Part shown: positions 44,510 through 53,681 of the stretch, piece after piece | How the letters are laid out: each line of letters starts with the position of its first letter | Numbering within the stretch: the first letter of the stretch is position 1 | NCBI GenBank assembly: GCA_016177875.1 | Contig: JACOUL010000008.1 | Location: 15,432 to 79,431 of the forward strand | Direction: 5' to 3' | DNA from: Burkholderiales bacterium | GTDB taxonomy: Bacteria > Pseudomonadota > Gammaproteobacteria > Burkholderiales > Burkholderiaceae_D | Length of the DNA: 64,000 nucleotides | Made by a program: the position numbers and the translations under genes | Notes under the pieces: generated by a model | The model's database searches: none | Seen by the model: only the letters and a program-made list of their open reading frames with translations | What the model was told of the DNA's origin: nothing

Positions 44510-45274
44510 GCGATTGGTCGTGAAAGTGATGCGCGCGGTCAGGGTCGCGGCGGCGCCGGTCGCCAGCAAGTGCTTTAGTGTATGGCCGCTGATGATGCCG
44601 GTTGTTTGCAGAATGCCGTGATCATGTAATTCCGCAGCTTTGGCGGCGATATATAAAACGATGGCGCCGCCAAAATAAATCCAGTCGATGCGCGGCGACC
44701 GGTATATCCACAACCATAATGGAATCAACACCAGCGGAAGCGCTTGCAGCAGCAGGTAAGGGCGCAAGTCGCCTGCGCCGTTGCGCTCGGTGATATACCA
44801 CCAGAAGACGCTGACCACAGCGGCGGACGCAAACAGCTGGACGTCATATTTGGCGCCTCCGTGCGTTTGGGTGCGCACACCGGCGAGCAAGCCGGCGCAG
44901 GCCAGGGCGATCGGCAGCCTGTCCCACAATAGGCGATCGTTATCCGGGGCGAGATGGTAAAAGCCGGAACCGGCGGCGGTCAAAACCAAGGCGATCAAGA
45001 ATAGCCGATAGCCCGATAAGCCGGGCAGCGTCGGCGCGGCTGAACGAAGACGCGCGAGCCCCCAAACGCCCACGACAAAAAAACCGAGGTTGGAAAGGAC
45101 GTCTGCGGCATTGGGTACGCCGAGCCAGGCATGTTGATCGGCGAAGTCATGGTAATGCGGAAGCTGTGCAATCGGCCCATGCAGGAGCATGGCGATGGCA
45201 GCGCCGAGCGTTACGAGAAGCGGTAAGCGAAGCAGGAAGGTTTGCATGGCATTGTTTAGAAATGAGAGGTGCAC
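44471..45274 (-). CDS. Polytopic membrane protein, possibly ceramidase-like family
   Basis: 267 aa, about 7 TM helices, conserved His/Asp (HYHDFAD). The family call is tentative. Confidence 0.4.
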   Translation of the reverse strand: MHLSFLNNAMQTFLLRLPLLVTLGAAIAMLLHGPIAQLPHYHDFADQHAWLGVPNAADVLSNLGFFVVGVWGLARLRSAAPTLPGLSGYRLFLIALVLTAAGSGFYHLAPDNDRLLWDRLPIALACAGLLAGVRTQTHGGAKYDVQLFASAAVVSVFWWYITERNGAGDLRPYLLLQALPLVLIPLWLWIYRSPRIDWIYFGGAIVLYIAAKAAELHDHGILQTTGIISGHTLKHLLATGAAATLTARITFTTNRLSFQRDRKVCHV

Positions 45275-45528
45275 TCATGTTATCCAATGCCATGCAATAT
45301 GCCACAACGGCAAGCTATGTCTTAGGGCTTGCACCTAATAGCGGCATGTCGCGATACTAAGAGCTTCTATCACAATGAAACCGACCTGCCTGCCAGCCAA
45401 ATGCGGTGTCTGCGTCGTTGCGCTCCTCGCCAAGGGGAACCACCCTTGGCTCGTCGCGCGTCTAGCATCCATCCGCATGTGGCAGCCAGACAAATCGGCC
45501 TCATTATGTTAGAAGCTCTAAGTCCGCG

Positions 45529-46020
45529 TTAGCGGGCACCGGGAGCGCCTGCGCCGCGATGGCCGTGGCGATGCATCGGACCTTTGGCAACGTTGTCGTC
45601 AAAGATTTTCTTTTGCTCCGGCGTTAAGGTCGCATAGAAAGTCTTGGTGGCGGCGATTGCATTCGTCAAATGGACCTCCGCTTGTTTCAGGCGTTCCAGC
45701 ATTTTTTCCATGCGTTCCGGCGCAGTGAGTTTTTCCCATTGCGCTTTGTCCGGGCGTGCCGGCCGCTCGGCGGGCGTAAGGGCTGTAATATAGGTCTTCC
45801 AAGCAGCTTCCTGGCCGGCATTCAACTTGAGTTTGTCGTGTAGCTCGGCTTGGCGTTTGGCGAAGTGCTCGCGGAATTTTCCTTCGTGAGGGCGTCCCAT
45901 CATGGCGCTGGCGGCACCGTCTTTGCCTTCCGGTGCCTTGTCGCCCGGAGCGGCGATGGTGCCTAAACTGATACCGAATGCCGTTGCGCCGAGGAGCAAG
46001 CTTTTGCAAAATTTATTCAT
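45529..46020 (-). CDS. Spy/CpxP-family periplasmic protein (LTxxQ motifs)
   Basis: Signal peptide (MNKFCKSLLLGATAFGISLGTIAA), two LTxxQ/LTxxE motifs (LTPAERP, LTPEQKKIF), helical. Start chosen at the internal ATG of the 45529..46101 ORF. Confidence 0.65.
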   Translation of the reverse strand: MNKFCKSLLLGATAFGISLGTIAAPGDKAPEGKDGAASAMMGRPHEGKFREHFAKRQAELHDKLKLNAGQEAAWKTYITALTPAERPARPDKAQWEKLTAPERMEKMLERLKQAEVHLTNAIAATKTFYATLTPEQKKIFDDNVAKGPMHRHGHRGAGAPGAR

Positions 46021-46247
46021 GGCGATTCTCCTAAAATGTTGAGGACAGAGTACCGCTACGCATAACTCTTTCCCCAATCGGTTAAAAGTGAAGATGTGCA
46101 AAGCACACGATATGCATTGTGCTTGTCCTTTGTATCGCCAAAGTTTCGGGAGTCATGGATTTTGTATCAAAATATTTCATTGCCGAGGATACAAAACGAT
46201 ACAAAATTTGCGGTAATCGACGCATTTCGCCCTGCATAATACATAGC

Positions 46248-46976
46248 ATGGAACCAACATCGACATTGCTGATAGTGGATGACGATGCCGGCATTAGAAC
46301 GCTGCTGGCAGACTATTTGGAAGACAACGGTTATCGTGTCCATACTGCGCAAGACGGCGCGGCGATGGCGCGCGTGCTGGAGAGTGAGCAAATCGATTTA
46401 ATCGTGCTCGATTTGAATTTGCCGGGCACGGACGGCTTGACGCTGTGCCGAAATTTGCGCGTTGGATCGAGCCTGCCGGTGATCATGTTGACGGCGCGCG
46501 GCGAGCCGCTGGATCGCATTCTCGGGCTTGAGATGGGCGCGGACGATTACTTGGCCAAGCCGTTCGAGCCGCGCGAGTTATTGGCGCGCATACGCAGCGT
46601 GCTGCGCCGCAGCCAGTCGCAATCGGTTGCCGTTGAGGCAGGGGAACGCGGGACTTTGCATTTTGATGGTTGGACGCTCGATCTCACCGCACGCCATCTC
46701 GTCAATCCGGAAGGCGTGATCATTATGTTGTCCGGTGCGGAGTTTAAGCTGCTGAAAGTTTTTCTCGATCATCCCAATCGCATATTGAATCGCGATCAAC
46801 TGATGAATTTCACGCATGGACGCGATGCCGAAGCGTTTGACCGGGCAATCGATATTCAGATTAGCCGACTACGCCAAAAATTGAATGAAGATGCGCGTGC
46901 GCCGCGCATCATTAAGACCGTTCGAAACGGCGGCTACACGCTGGCGGTACCGGTGACGGCAGGAGCGGCATCGTGA
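46248..46976 (+). CDS. OmpR-family response regulator (OmpR/CpxR-like)
   Basis: Receiver plus winged-helix domains; very OmpR-like (LLIVDDD, LDLNLPGTDGL, ADDYLAKPFEPRELLARIRSVLRR). Start chosen at the ATG giving MEPTSTLLIVDDD. Confidence 0.85.
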   Translation: MEPTSTLLIVDDDAGIRTLLADYLEDNGYRVHTAQDGAAMARVLESEQIDLIVLDLNLPGTDGLTLCRNLRVGSSLPVIMLTARGEPLDRILGLEMGADDYLAKPFEPRELLARIRSVLRRSQSQSVAVEAGERGTLHFDGWTLDLTARHLVNPEGVIIMLSGAEFKLLKVFLDHPNRILNRDQLMNFTHGRDAEAFDRAIDIQISRLRQKLNEDARAPRIIKTVRNGGYTLAVPVTAGAAS

Positions 46977-48346
46977 TCGCTTTCTTCCGTTCCATGGGCG
47001 GACGGGTTTTTCTGATCCTGGTACTGGGAGTTGCGGCGGCAACGTTTTTGACTTGGTGGCTCGCGTTCGGCGAGCGGCAGCGGATGATCGGGCAGTTTCG
47101 CGAGAATCGCGCGCTTGAGCAAGCCGAGCAATTCATTCTGACGTTAGATGCCATTCCTCCTGCCGGTCGTCAAGTCTTCATGGCTACTGCGAGGCGCTTT
47201 GGTCTTAAAGGCGAATTGGAGAACGAAACAAGCGCGCCAGCCGGTGCCGTGCAAGCCGAAACGCCGTTCATGCAAGCGTTGGGCGAGCGCTTAGGTAAAG
47301 ATTTTCAATTGAGCTCGCTGCCGACAAGGCAGTTCGAATGCGGGCCTATGCGCGAACGCCGGGCGGATTCGCCGCCGCGCATGGTGCGAGGTGTATGCGA
47401 AACCGTTGCAGTGCGTTTGCGCGACGGTTCCGGTGCGCGCGTGACGGTCTTGCCGCCGCGTCCTTTGCCGCCGCCGCGCGGAGACTTTCTCTATTATCTA
47501 GCGCTCTTCCTGGCGATCATAGGCATATTGGCTTTTGCGGTTTCGCGTATGACGATGCGCCCCTTGAATCGCCTGGCGCAAGCTGCCGAGGACATTGGCA
47601 AGGATATCGACCATCCGCCCTTACCGGAACGCGGCGCGACGGAATTGCGCCAAGCCGCCGCCGCATTCAACGCCATGCAAGCGCGTATTCGCGATCATAT
47701 CCGGCAGCGCACCCAAATGCTGGCGGCGATCACACACGACTTGCAGACGCCGCTGACGCGTTTGCGTTTGCGTCTGGAGAAGGTGACGGATACGGAATTG
47801 CGCGAGAAGCTGATTGAAGATTTATCGCAGACGCAAGCAATTGTGCGAGAAGGCTTGGATTTGGCGCGCAGCATCGATGTTGCCGAGGCCTTGCAAGCCT
47901 TGGATTTGGATTCCTTGCTCGACAGCGTATGCACCGACGCCGTGGAAGCAGGGCAAGCGGTTACGCTGGAAGGAAAGACCGGTGTTCGCATCATGGCGCG
48001 CCCGGTGGCATTGCGCCGCTGTTTGATCAATTTAATCGATAATGCGGTCAAGTACGGTCAGCGTGCTGAAGTCAGTGCGCGTAAAGAAGGAATAGACGGC
48101 GCAATGTTCGTACGCGTTCGCATTCGCGACCATGGCCCGGGAATACCGCAAGAAGAAATGCAAAAGGTGTTCGAGCCGTTTTATCGCTTGGAGTCTTCGC
48201 GTTCGCGCCAAACCGGCGGTACCGGATTAGGGCTGACCATTGCGCGCAACGTGGCACAGCAACACGGCGGCAGTATCGCGTTGACCAATCTGGATGACGG
48301 AGGATTGGAAGTCGTTTTAACGCTGCGTATTCAGGCCACCGTTTGA
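46973..48346 (+). CDS. EnvZ/CpxA-like sensor histidine kinase
   Basis: Two TM helices flank a periplasmic domain of about 150 aa, followed by HAMP, H-box (ITHDLQTPLTRLRL) and HATPase_c (GTGLGLTIAR). It overlaps the regulator gene by 4 nt. Confidence 0.8.
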   Translation: MIAFFRSMGGRVFLILVLGVAAATFLTWWLAFGERQRMIGQFRENRALEQAEQFILTLDAIPPAGRQVFMATARRFGLKGELENETSAPAGAVQAETPFMQALGERLGKDFQLSSLPTRQFECGPMRERRADSPPRMVRGVCETVAVRLRDGSGARVTVLPPRPLPPPRGDFLYYLALFLAIIGILAFAVSRMTMRPLNRLAQAAEDIGKDIDHPPLPERGATELRQAAAAFNAMQARIRDHIRQRTQMLAAITHDLQTPLTRLRLRLEKVTDTELREKLIEDLSQTQAIVREGLDLARSIDVAEALQALDLDSLLDSVCTDAVEAGQAVTLEGKTGVRIMARPVALRRCLINLIDNAVKYGQRAEVSARKEGIDGAMFVRVRIRDHGPGIPQEEMQKVFEPFYRLESSRSRQTGGTGLGLTIARNVAQQHGGSIALTNLDDGGLEVVLTLRIQATV

Positions 48347-48542
48347 TCATTCCTACATAAGCTTGACCTAAGGAACTTCCTCTCCTAGTATGGATTCAGG
48401 CCGCTTGCTGCCTGTCGTCCCCGCCGGATTCCGGTATGGTGAAAGCAAGGCTTTAAATTTCCACGTTGGTTAACTTGTTGCCAGCGTCGAGAATGGGGAC
48501 TCCGACACCGATATCGGCTTGCTGGCGATAAGGAAGACCATC

Positions 48543-48956
48543 ATGTACAGCAGAGAAGAGTTCAAGGCAGAAGCGCGTCGCTTGCGTGCCCATCTTTCAG
48601 TTAAACACGGATTGGAGTTGTCGATCGGGCATGCGCTCGAAGCGATCGCCGCGGTCCACAATTATCCCAATTGGGACGCCGCTTCGGCTTCAGCAAAAGG
48701 CGAGCAGCCTGCGAGCGATATCAGGCCGTATAAGGAAGTGCAAGTCATCGTCTCGGATGGTGTGGCGACGGATGAAGTGTACAAGCAAGTATGCAATCTT
48801 ATGCGCGTCAATCCCGATCACTTTGCTTTTCTCGTGGAAGAGACCGACGCGCGTTCAAGCGTCGATTGGGAAAAAATCACCGATATCATCACGCAGTGCG
48901 AGATCAGCTTTTCTCGCAGCTATGTCACGGCGGAATATTTAACGCCGTCTATCTAG
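48543..48956 (+). CDS. Hypothetical protein (137 aa)
   Basis: AGGAAG RBS 7 nt before the ATG. The N-terminal segment (EARRLRAHLSVKHGLELSIGHALEAIAAVHNYPNWD) resembles a small conserved domain often annotated as a 'glyoxalase superfamily protein'; from memory only. Confidence 0.4.
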   Translation: MYSREEFKAEARRLRAHLSVKHGLELSIGHALEAIAAVHNYPNWDAASASAKGEQPASDIRPYKEVQVIVSDGVATDEVYKQVCNLMRVNPDHFAFLVEETDARSSVDWEKITDIITQCEISFSRSYVTAEYLTPSI

Positions 48957-49012
48957 TTCCGGTCCGCGGCCTCTTGCATAGCCCCTTCGCTAAGCCAGAG
49001 GCCGATCTTAGG

Positions 49013-51460
49013 CTAGTCTGCAGGCAGAGTAGAGGAGCCGCTTCCCGATGCACTGCTTGCACCGGCATCGTCGGAATTACCTTCGCTAACGGCGCCGTTG
49101 TCGATACGTTCGCCGCTGACCGTGTCTCGTCCCATGCGGGTTAAGGCGCGGCTGAGTTCGTCTGCGCTCACGTTTCCGGCGCGCTCGTCTTTACGCATGA
49201 ACTCTTCGATGCCGCGTGCATCGCCGAAATAGATTTTTCTGCCATCGCTACGCACGATCACGCCGGAGCCGGGAGGCGGCATTGAAGAAGGAGGATTCTC
49301 GTTTTCCGGCGGCTGCGCTTGCGCGTCCGGTTCAGGTTGTTCATACAAAGCCATCATCGTGCTGCGCCAAGGGCGAGGAAATTGCGCAATGGGGTCGACG
49401 TCCCCCGCTATGACGACACGCTGGAAAAAATCGCCCACCAGCCTGATCGCATTGTGTCCGCCCTGGCCCCAGTAATTACTGCGCATCGTGACGCGCTGGT
49501 CGTTGAATCCCACCCACGCGCCGACCACCAGATTGGGATGCATCATAACGAACCAGCCATCCGTATTATTTTGTGTGGTACCTGTTTTGCCTGCGACATC
49601 GGCATTGATGCCGAATTGCTTGCGGATGGCTTGCCCGGTACCGCGGTTCACTACCGCGCGCAAAATGTCGATCAACTCCAGCGCGGTCGATTCGGACATG
49701 ACGCTTTGGCGCGGCTGATTGCTAAAATCGGCCAGGACATTGCCCTTGCTATCCGTGATACGCTTGACAAAAATCGGCGGCCGGTATTCGCCTACATTTG
49801 CCAGCGTCGTGTACGCGGAGGCGAGTTCCAGCAGCGTCACGGGACTGGTGCCAAGCGCCAGCGAAACAACCGGATCGAGGCGGCTTTGCCGAATCCCCAT
49901 CGATTGCGCTAAACGCATGACGCTGTCGACACCTACGTCTAGCATGACTTGCGCGGTAATGACATTGCGCGAATGAATCAGACCCTCGCGCATGGTCATA
50001 GGACCGCTGGGGCCATCCATATCGGTGGGGCGCCAGCGCGTGCCATCCTTCAATCGGATATTAAAAGGATTGCCCGAATAAGTGCGAAACGGGCTAATGC
50101 CTTGTTCGAGCGCGGCACCGTAGACAAAAGGTTTAAAAGTCGATCCTGGCTGACGCGCGGCTTGAGCGACATGATCGTATTGATCCGTCTGGAAATTGCG
50201 GCTTCCCACCCAAGCTTTGATTTCGCTGGTAACCGGGTCGATGGCAATGAATCCGGCTTCCAAGCGTGTTTTATCGGCACGCAATTTTTTCATGAAGGCG
50301 GCATCGGCACGAAGCTTCTCCAGCGCGGCTGAATCGGTCCCCCATTTGGCGCGCGCTTTTTTGAACTCTGCCGTTTCACGTATAAATGCATCGAGCAATT
50401 CCGGTTGAGAATCCCAAAAATAGCGGAATGAGTCGGATGCCTTTGCCGGAAAAAGCTCATCCGGCTCCTTGCGTATGCGGTGCGTTGCACGACGGCTCCA
50501 TTCCGCATTGGCAATACGCTGCAGCTTTTCTGCTTGCTTTTCGACGGCTTGCGTCGCCGTATGCTGGAGCTGAGGATCGAGCGTCGTCTCGATCACCAAT
50601 CCATCGGCGGTCAAATCCATTCCGTGTTCGGCAGTCCAGTTTTCCAGCCATTTGCGAACGTGAGCAACGAAATGCGGAGCGATTCCAGGCGGTTCTGTTT
50701 GGCGGAATAGGCCGGCACCGAGAGCTTCATCGCGCAGACGGTCAAACTCGTCTTGCGTCAACGATCCGCGCCTGACCAATTGCGCGAGAACGACGTTGCG
50801 CCGCGCCAGTGCGCGTTCGGGATTCGTTACCGGATTGTAATGACTGGATCCCTTTAACATACCGACCAGCGTCGCGCTTTCCAGCAAATTTAATTGGGCG
50901 GCGGACTTATCGAAATATATGCGCGCCGCCATGTCGATGCCGTACACGTTGTAGAGAAAGGGAACCGTGTTGAGATACGTTTCCAGAATTTGCGGCTTGC
51001 CGTAATTACGTTCGATCTTTACCGCCGTAACAATTTCTTTCAACTTGCGCTCAATGCTGCGCGAGCGCCCCACTTTTTCAGGAAATAAGTTGCGTGCGAG
51101 TTGCTGCGTAATGGTCGAACCGCCTTGATCGTTTCCTGCGAGCGTATGCATGATCGCCGCCGCGGTTCGTCTAACATCCACGCCGCGATGCTCATAGAAA
51201 CGATGATCTTCGGTCGCGATCAAGGCGTTGATTACATGCGGTGAAATGTCATCCAGGGGCACTGCTTTTTGCCAGGCGCGCCGGAAGGTCGCGAGCGTTT
51301 TTCCGTCGGACGCCAACAGCACGCTTGGTTGCGCAATCCGGATTTTTTGCAAATCTTGAATAGTCGGTGTATTACGCCAGAGCCAAGATATGCTTGCGGC
51401 AGCGGTCAAACCCAACAAGAAAAAAGCGACCGCAATGAAGTAAAGGACATTTCGTTTCAA
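49013..51460 (-). CDS. Class A penicillin-binding protein (PBP1A family; glycosyltransferase GT51 plus transpeptidase)
   Basis: 815 aa: N-terminal TM, GT51 motifs (EDHRFYEHRGVD, GGSTITQQLAR), a transpeptidase STFK, and an acidic/Ser-rich C-terminal tail. Confidence 0.85.
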   Translation of the reverse strand: MKRNVLYFIAVAFFLLGLTAAASISWLWRNTPTIQDLQKIRIAQPSVLLASDGKTLATFRRAWQKAVPLDDISPHVINALIATEDHRFYEHRGVDVRRTAAAIMHTLAGNDQGGSTITQQLARNLFPEKVGRSRSIERKLKEIVTAVKIERNYGKPQILETYLNTVPFLYNVYGIDMAARIYFDKSAAQLNLLESATLVGMLKGSSHYNPVTNPERALARRNVVLAQLVRRGSLTQDEFDRLRDEALGAGLFRQTEPPGIAPHFVAHVRKWLENWTAEHGMDLTADGLVIETTLDPQLQHTATQAVEKQAEKLQRIANAEWSRRATHRIRKEPDELFPAKASDSFRYFWDSQPELLDAFIRETAEFKKARAKWGTDSAALEKLRADAAFMKKLRADKTRLEAGFIAIDPVTSEIKAWVGSRNFQTDQYDHVAQAARQPGSTFKPFVYGAALEQGISPFRTYSGNPFNIRLKDGTRWRPTDMDGPSGPMTMREGLIHSRNVITAQVMLDVGVDSVMRLAQSMGIRQSRLDPVVSLALGTSPVTLLELASAYTTLANVGEYRPPIFVKRITDSKGNVLADFSNQPRQSVMSESTALELIDILRAVVNRGTGQAIRKQFGINADVAGKTGTTQNNTDGWFVMMHPNLVVGAWVGFNDQRVTMRSNYWGQGGHNAIRLVGDFFQRVVIAGDVDPIAQFPRPWRSTMMALYEQPEPDAQAQPPENENPPSSMPPPGSGVIVRSDGRKIYFGDARGIEEFMRKDERAGNVSADELSRALTRMGRDTVSGERIDNGAVSEGNSDDAGASSASGSGSSTLPAD

Positions 51461-51600
51461 CTTTGCTCCGCGCTGATGATCTCCCTTTTTGAGGGTAGTG
51501 GTGAAATCATCAGGAGCGGAAAAAATCTACGTCCTTCTGTGGGCTAACTCACATAGAAATTTGATTGTTTAGGTGGGCAACCGGAAAACTTTGCGGTAAA

Positions 51601-52659
51601 TCAGAGAGACACTTGCACCCTGGCGGAACCAGACACCATTTCGCCAACGACCGCAGCCTCGTTAAAACCATCGCGGCGGAATATTTCCAAGACCTGGTCA
51701 ACCGCGCCAGGTGCGCAAGATACCAATAGGCCTCCCGAGGTTTGCGGGTCGGTGAGCAGCATTTGCTGAACCGGGGTAATGGCGTAGGACAAATCCACAT
51801 CATCGCCGTAGCCTGCCCAATTGCGGCCGGACGCGCCGGTGATGCAACCATTTTCGGCCAGCGCCTGTACGCCCGGCAGCAAAGGGATGCGTTTCATGTT
51901 CAATTTTGCAGTCAGTCCCGCGCCGCGGGCCAATTCCAGGGTATGGCCGAGCAAGCCAAAGCCTGTAACGTCGGTCAATGCGTGCACGCCGGGCAAATCG
52001 GAAAGGGCTTTCCCCGGTTTATTGAGTTTGGTGGTATTGGCGATCATGGCGGCATAACCGGCGGCGTCCAGCGCTTCTTTTTTTAATGCGGCCGATAGAA
52101 TGCCGACGCCGAGCGGTTTGCCGAGAATGAGTTTGTCGCCAGCTTGCGCATCGGCATTGCGTTTGACTTTTGAAGGATGCACAAGCCCCATCACCACCAG
52201 GCCGTAAATCGGTTCCACCGAGTCAATGGTATGGCCGCCGGCGATCGGAATGCCGGCTTCGGCGCACACCGCTTCGCCGCCGCGAATGATATTGCCGATG
52301 ACATCGAGTGGCAGCTTGTTGACGGGCATGGCAACCAGGGCCAATGCCATGATCGGCGTGCCGCCCATTGCATAAACGTCCGAGATCGCATTCGTTGCAG
52401 CAATGCGGCCGAAGTCGAATGGATCGTCGACGATCGGCATGAAGAAATCGGTGGTGGCGATTAAGGCTTGCTCATCGTTGAGTTGATAGACGGCAGCGTC
52501 ATCCGCGGTTTCGATGCCGACCATCAGTTCTTTCGGAACAGGAAATCCGCTCGATTTTTTTAAAATTTCCGCCAGCACGCCCGGCGCGATCTTGCAGCCG
52601 CAACCGCCGCCATGAGAAAACGAAGTGAGCTTGATTCCTTCTTGCGTTGCCGAATTCAT
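51601..52659 (-). CDS. selD: Selenide, water dikinase (selenophosphate synthetase), Cys form; SenC-like
   Basis: 352 aa with the N-terminal GGGCGCKI motif (Cys at the Sec/Cys position) and the PurM-like fold. It overlaps the upstream glycosyltransferase gene by 4 nt. Confidence 0.8.
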   Translation of the reverse strand: MNSATQEGIKLTSFSHGGGCGCKIAPGVLAEILKKSSGFPVPKELMVGIETADDAAVYQLNDEQALIATTDFFMPIVDDPFDFGRIAATNAISDVYAMGGTPIMALALVAMPVNKLPLDVIGNIIRGGEAVCAEAGIPIAGGHTIDSVEPIYGLVVMGLVHPSKVKRNADAQAGDKLILGKPLGVGILSAALKKEALDAAGYAAMIANTTKLNKPGKALSDLPGVHALTDVTGFGLLGHTLELARGAGLTAKLNMKRIPLLPGVQALAENGCITGASGRNWAGYGDDVDLSYAITPVQQMLLTDPQTSGGLLVSCAPGAVDQVLEIFRRDGFNEAAVVGEMVSGSARVQVSL

Positions 52660-53660
52660 GCGCTGCGTTCCTTCTTAAGTGTTTGACGCAAAGTATTATC
52701 CACCAAGTTCAACAAGGCCGTCCGTTCCCGCTCGGGTGCGAAGAGCGGGGCACGCGCGCGGCATTGCCGATACAAATGCTGATAAAAGCAAGGGTCGGTA
52801 GCGGCACGATCGATCAGCCGCGCGAGTGCGGCGGCATCGCCGACCGGAAAATAGCCTGCATAGTTCTTTCCCAGCATGCCGCGATTTCCGGAAATATCGC
52901 TCGCCAAAACCGGCACACCGCTCGTGACGGCTTCGATGATGACGTTGGCGCCGCCTTCCATTTTCGACGCGATGACCATCAAGTGGCTGCGTTTGAGCAA
53001 TTGGCGAGTGGCGGCGTGCGGCAAATCGCCCTGCCAGCGGTAACAAGCATGGTGTTCCTGGGTTTGTCGAGCTAGTTTGGCAAGCTTGGGAGCTTGAGCT
53101 TCACTGCCGATATGCGTCAGGCGAACTTGTTGCGTGTTCAGCAGGGCGGCAGCATGCATGAAGGTCGCGGGATCTTTTTCTTCACGAAAATGGCCGATCA
53201 TGCAGACGTCGAAATGGCGCATGCGGCGCCTCGTTTCCAATTCAATCGGCGTAAGGCTTGGTGCGGATTGATAAATCACGCTGGTTTTTTTTCTCAAACG
53301 GGGAGCGAGTTCTTCTATACCGGCCTCCTGTAAAACCACCAAGCGGTTGGCGATTGCCAGCGAATGTTGCGCCGCGTCGTCGACCTGAATGTCGCGATAG
53401 AGGTCGGTGCCCGTCAACACTAGAATGATGGGGGCGGTCGGCACGCGAGAAGCGAGTGCCGCCAGCGCCTTGGCGGAACGCCGCGCGTGCAAGGCAATGA
53501 TTAAATCCGGCTCGATCGATGCAAGAGGCGTATCCGTCGCAGCCACGACCGACAGTCGGTAGTGCGGCCGCAAAAAACGCGCCCAGCGACTGGCTGTTTG
53601 CCAGTTTCCGTTGTTGGCATTTGCCAGAGCCGGGCTGATTATGACAATATGTTTTTTCAC
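52656..53660 (-). CDS. GT-B fold glycosyltransferase (GT4-like); candidate selenosugar synthase SenB
   Basis: 334 aa with GT1/GT4-type organisation. It is translationally coupled to selD and divergent from the EgtB-like gene. The start codon is GTG. Confidence 0.65.
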   Translation of the reverse strand: MKKHIVIISPALANANNGNWQTASRWARFLRPHYRLSVVAATDTPLASIEPDLIIALHARRSAKALAALASRVPTAPIILVLTGTDLYRDIQVDDAAQHSLAIANRLVVLQEAGIEELAPRLRKKTSVIYQSAPSLTPIELETRRRMRHFDVCMIGHFREEKDPATFMHAAALLNTQQVRLTHIGSEAQAPKLAKLARQTQEHHACYRWQGDLPHAATRQLLKRSHLMVIASKMEGGANVIIEAVTSGVPVLASDISGNRGMLGKNYAGYFPVGDAAALARLIDRAATDPCFYQHLYRQCRARAPLFAPERERTALLNLVDNTLRQTLKKERSA

Positions 53661-53681
53661 GAGTGACGATGTTTAGAATTC

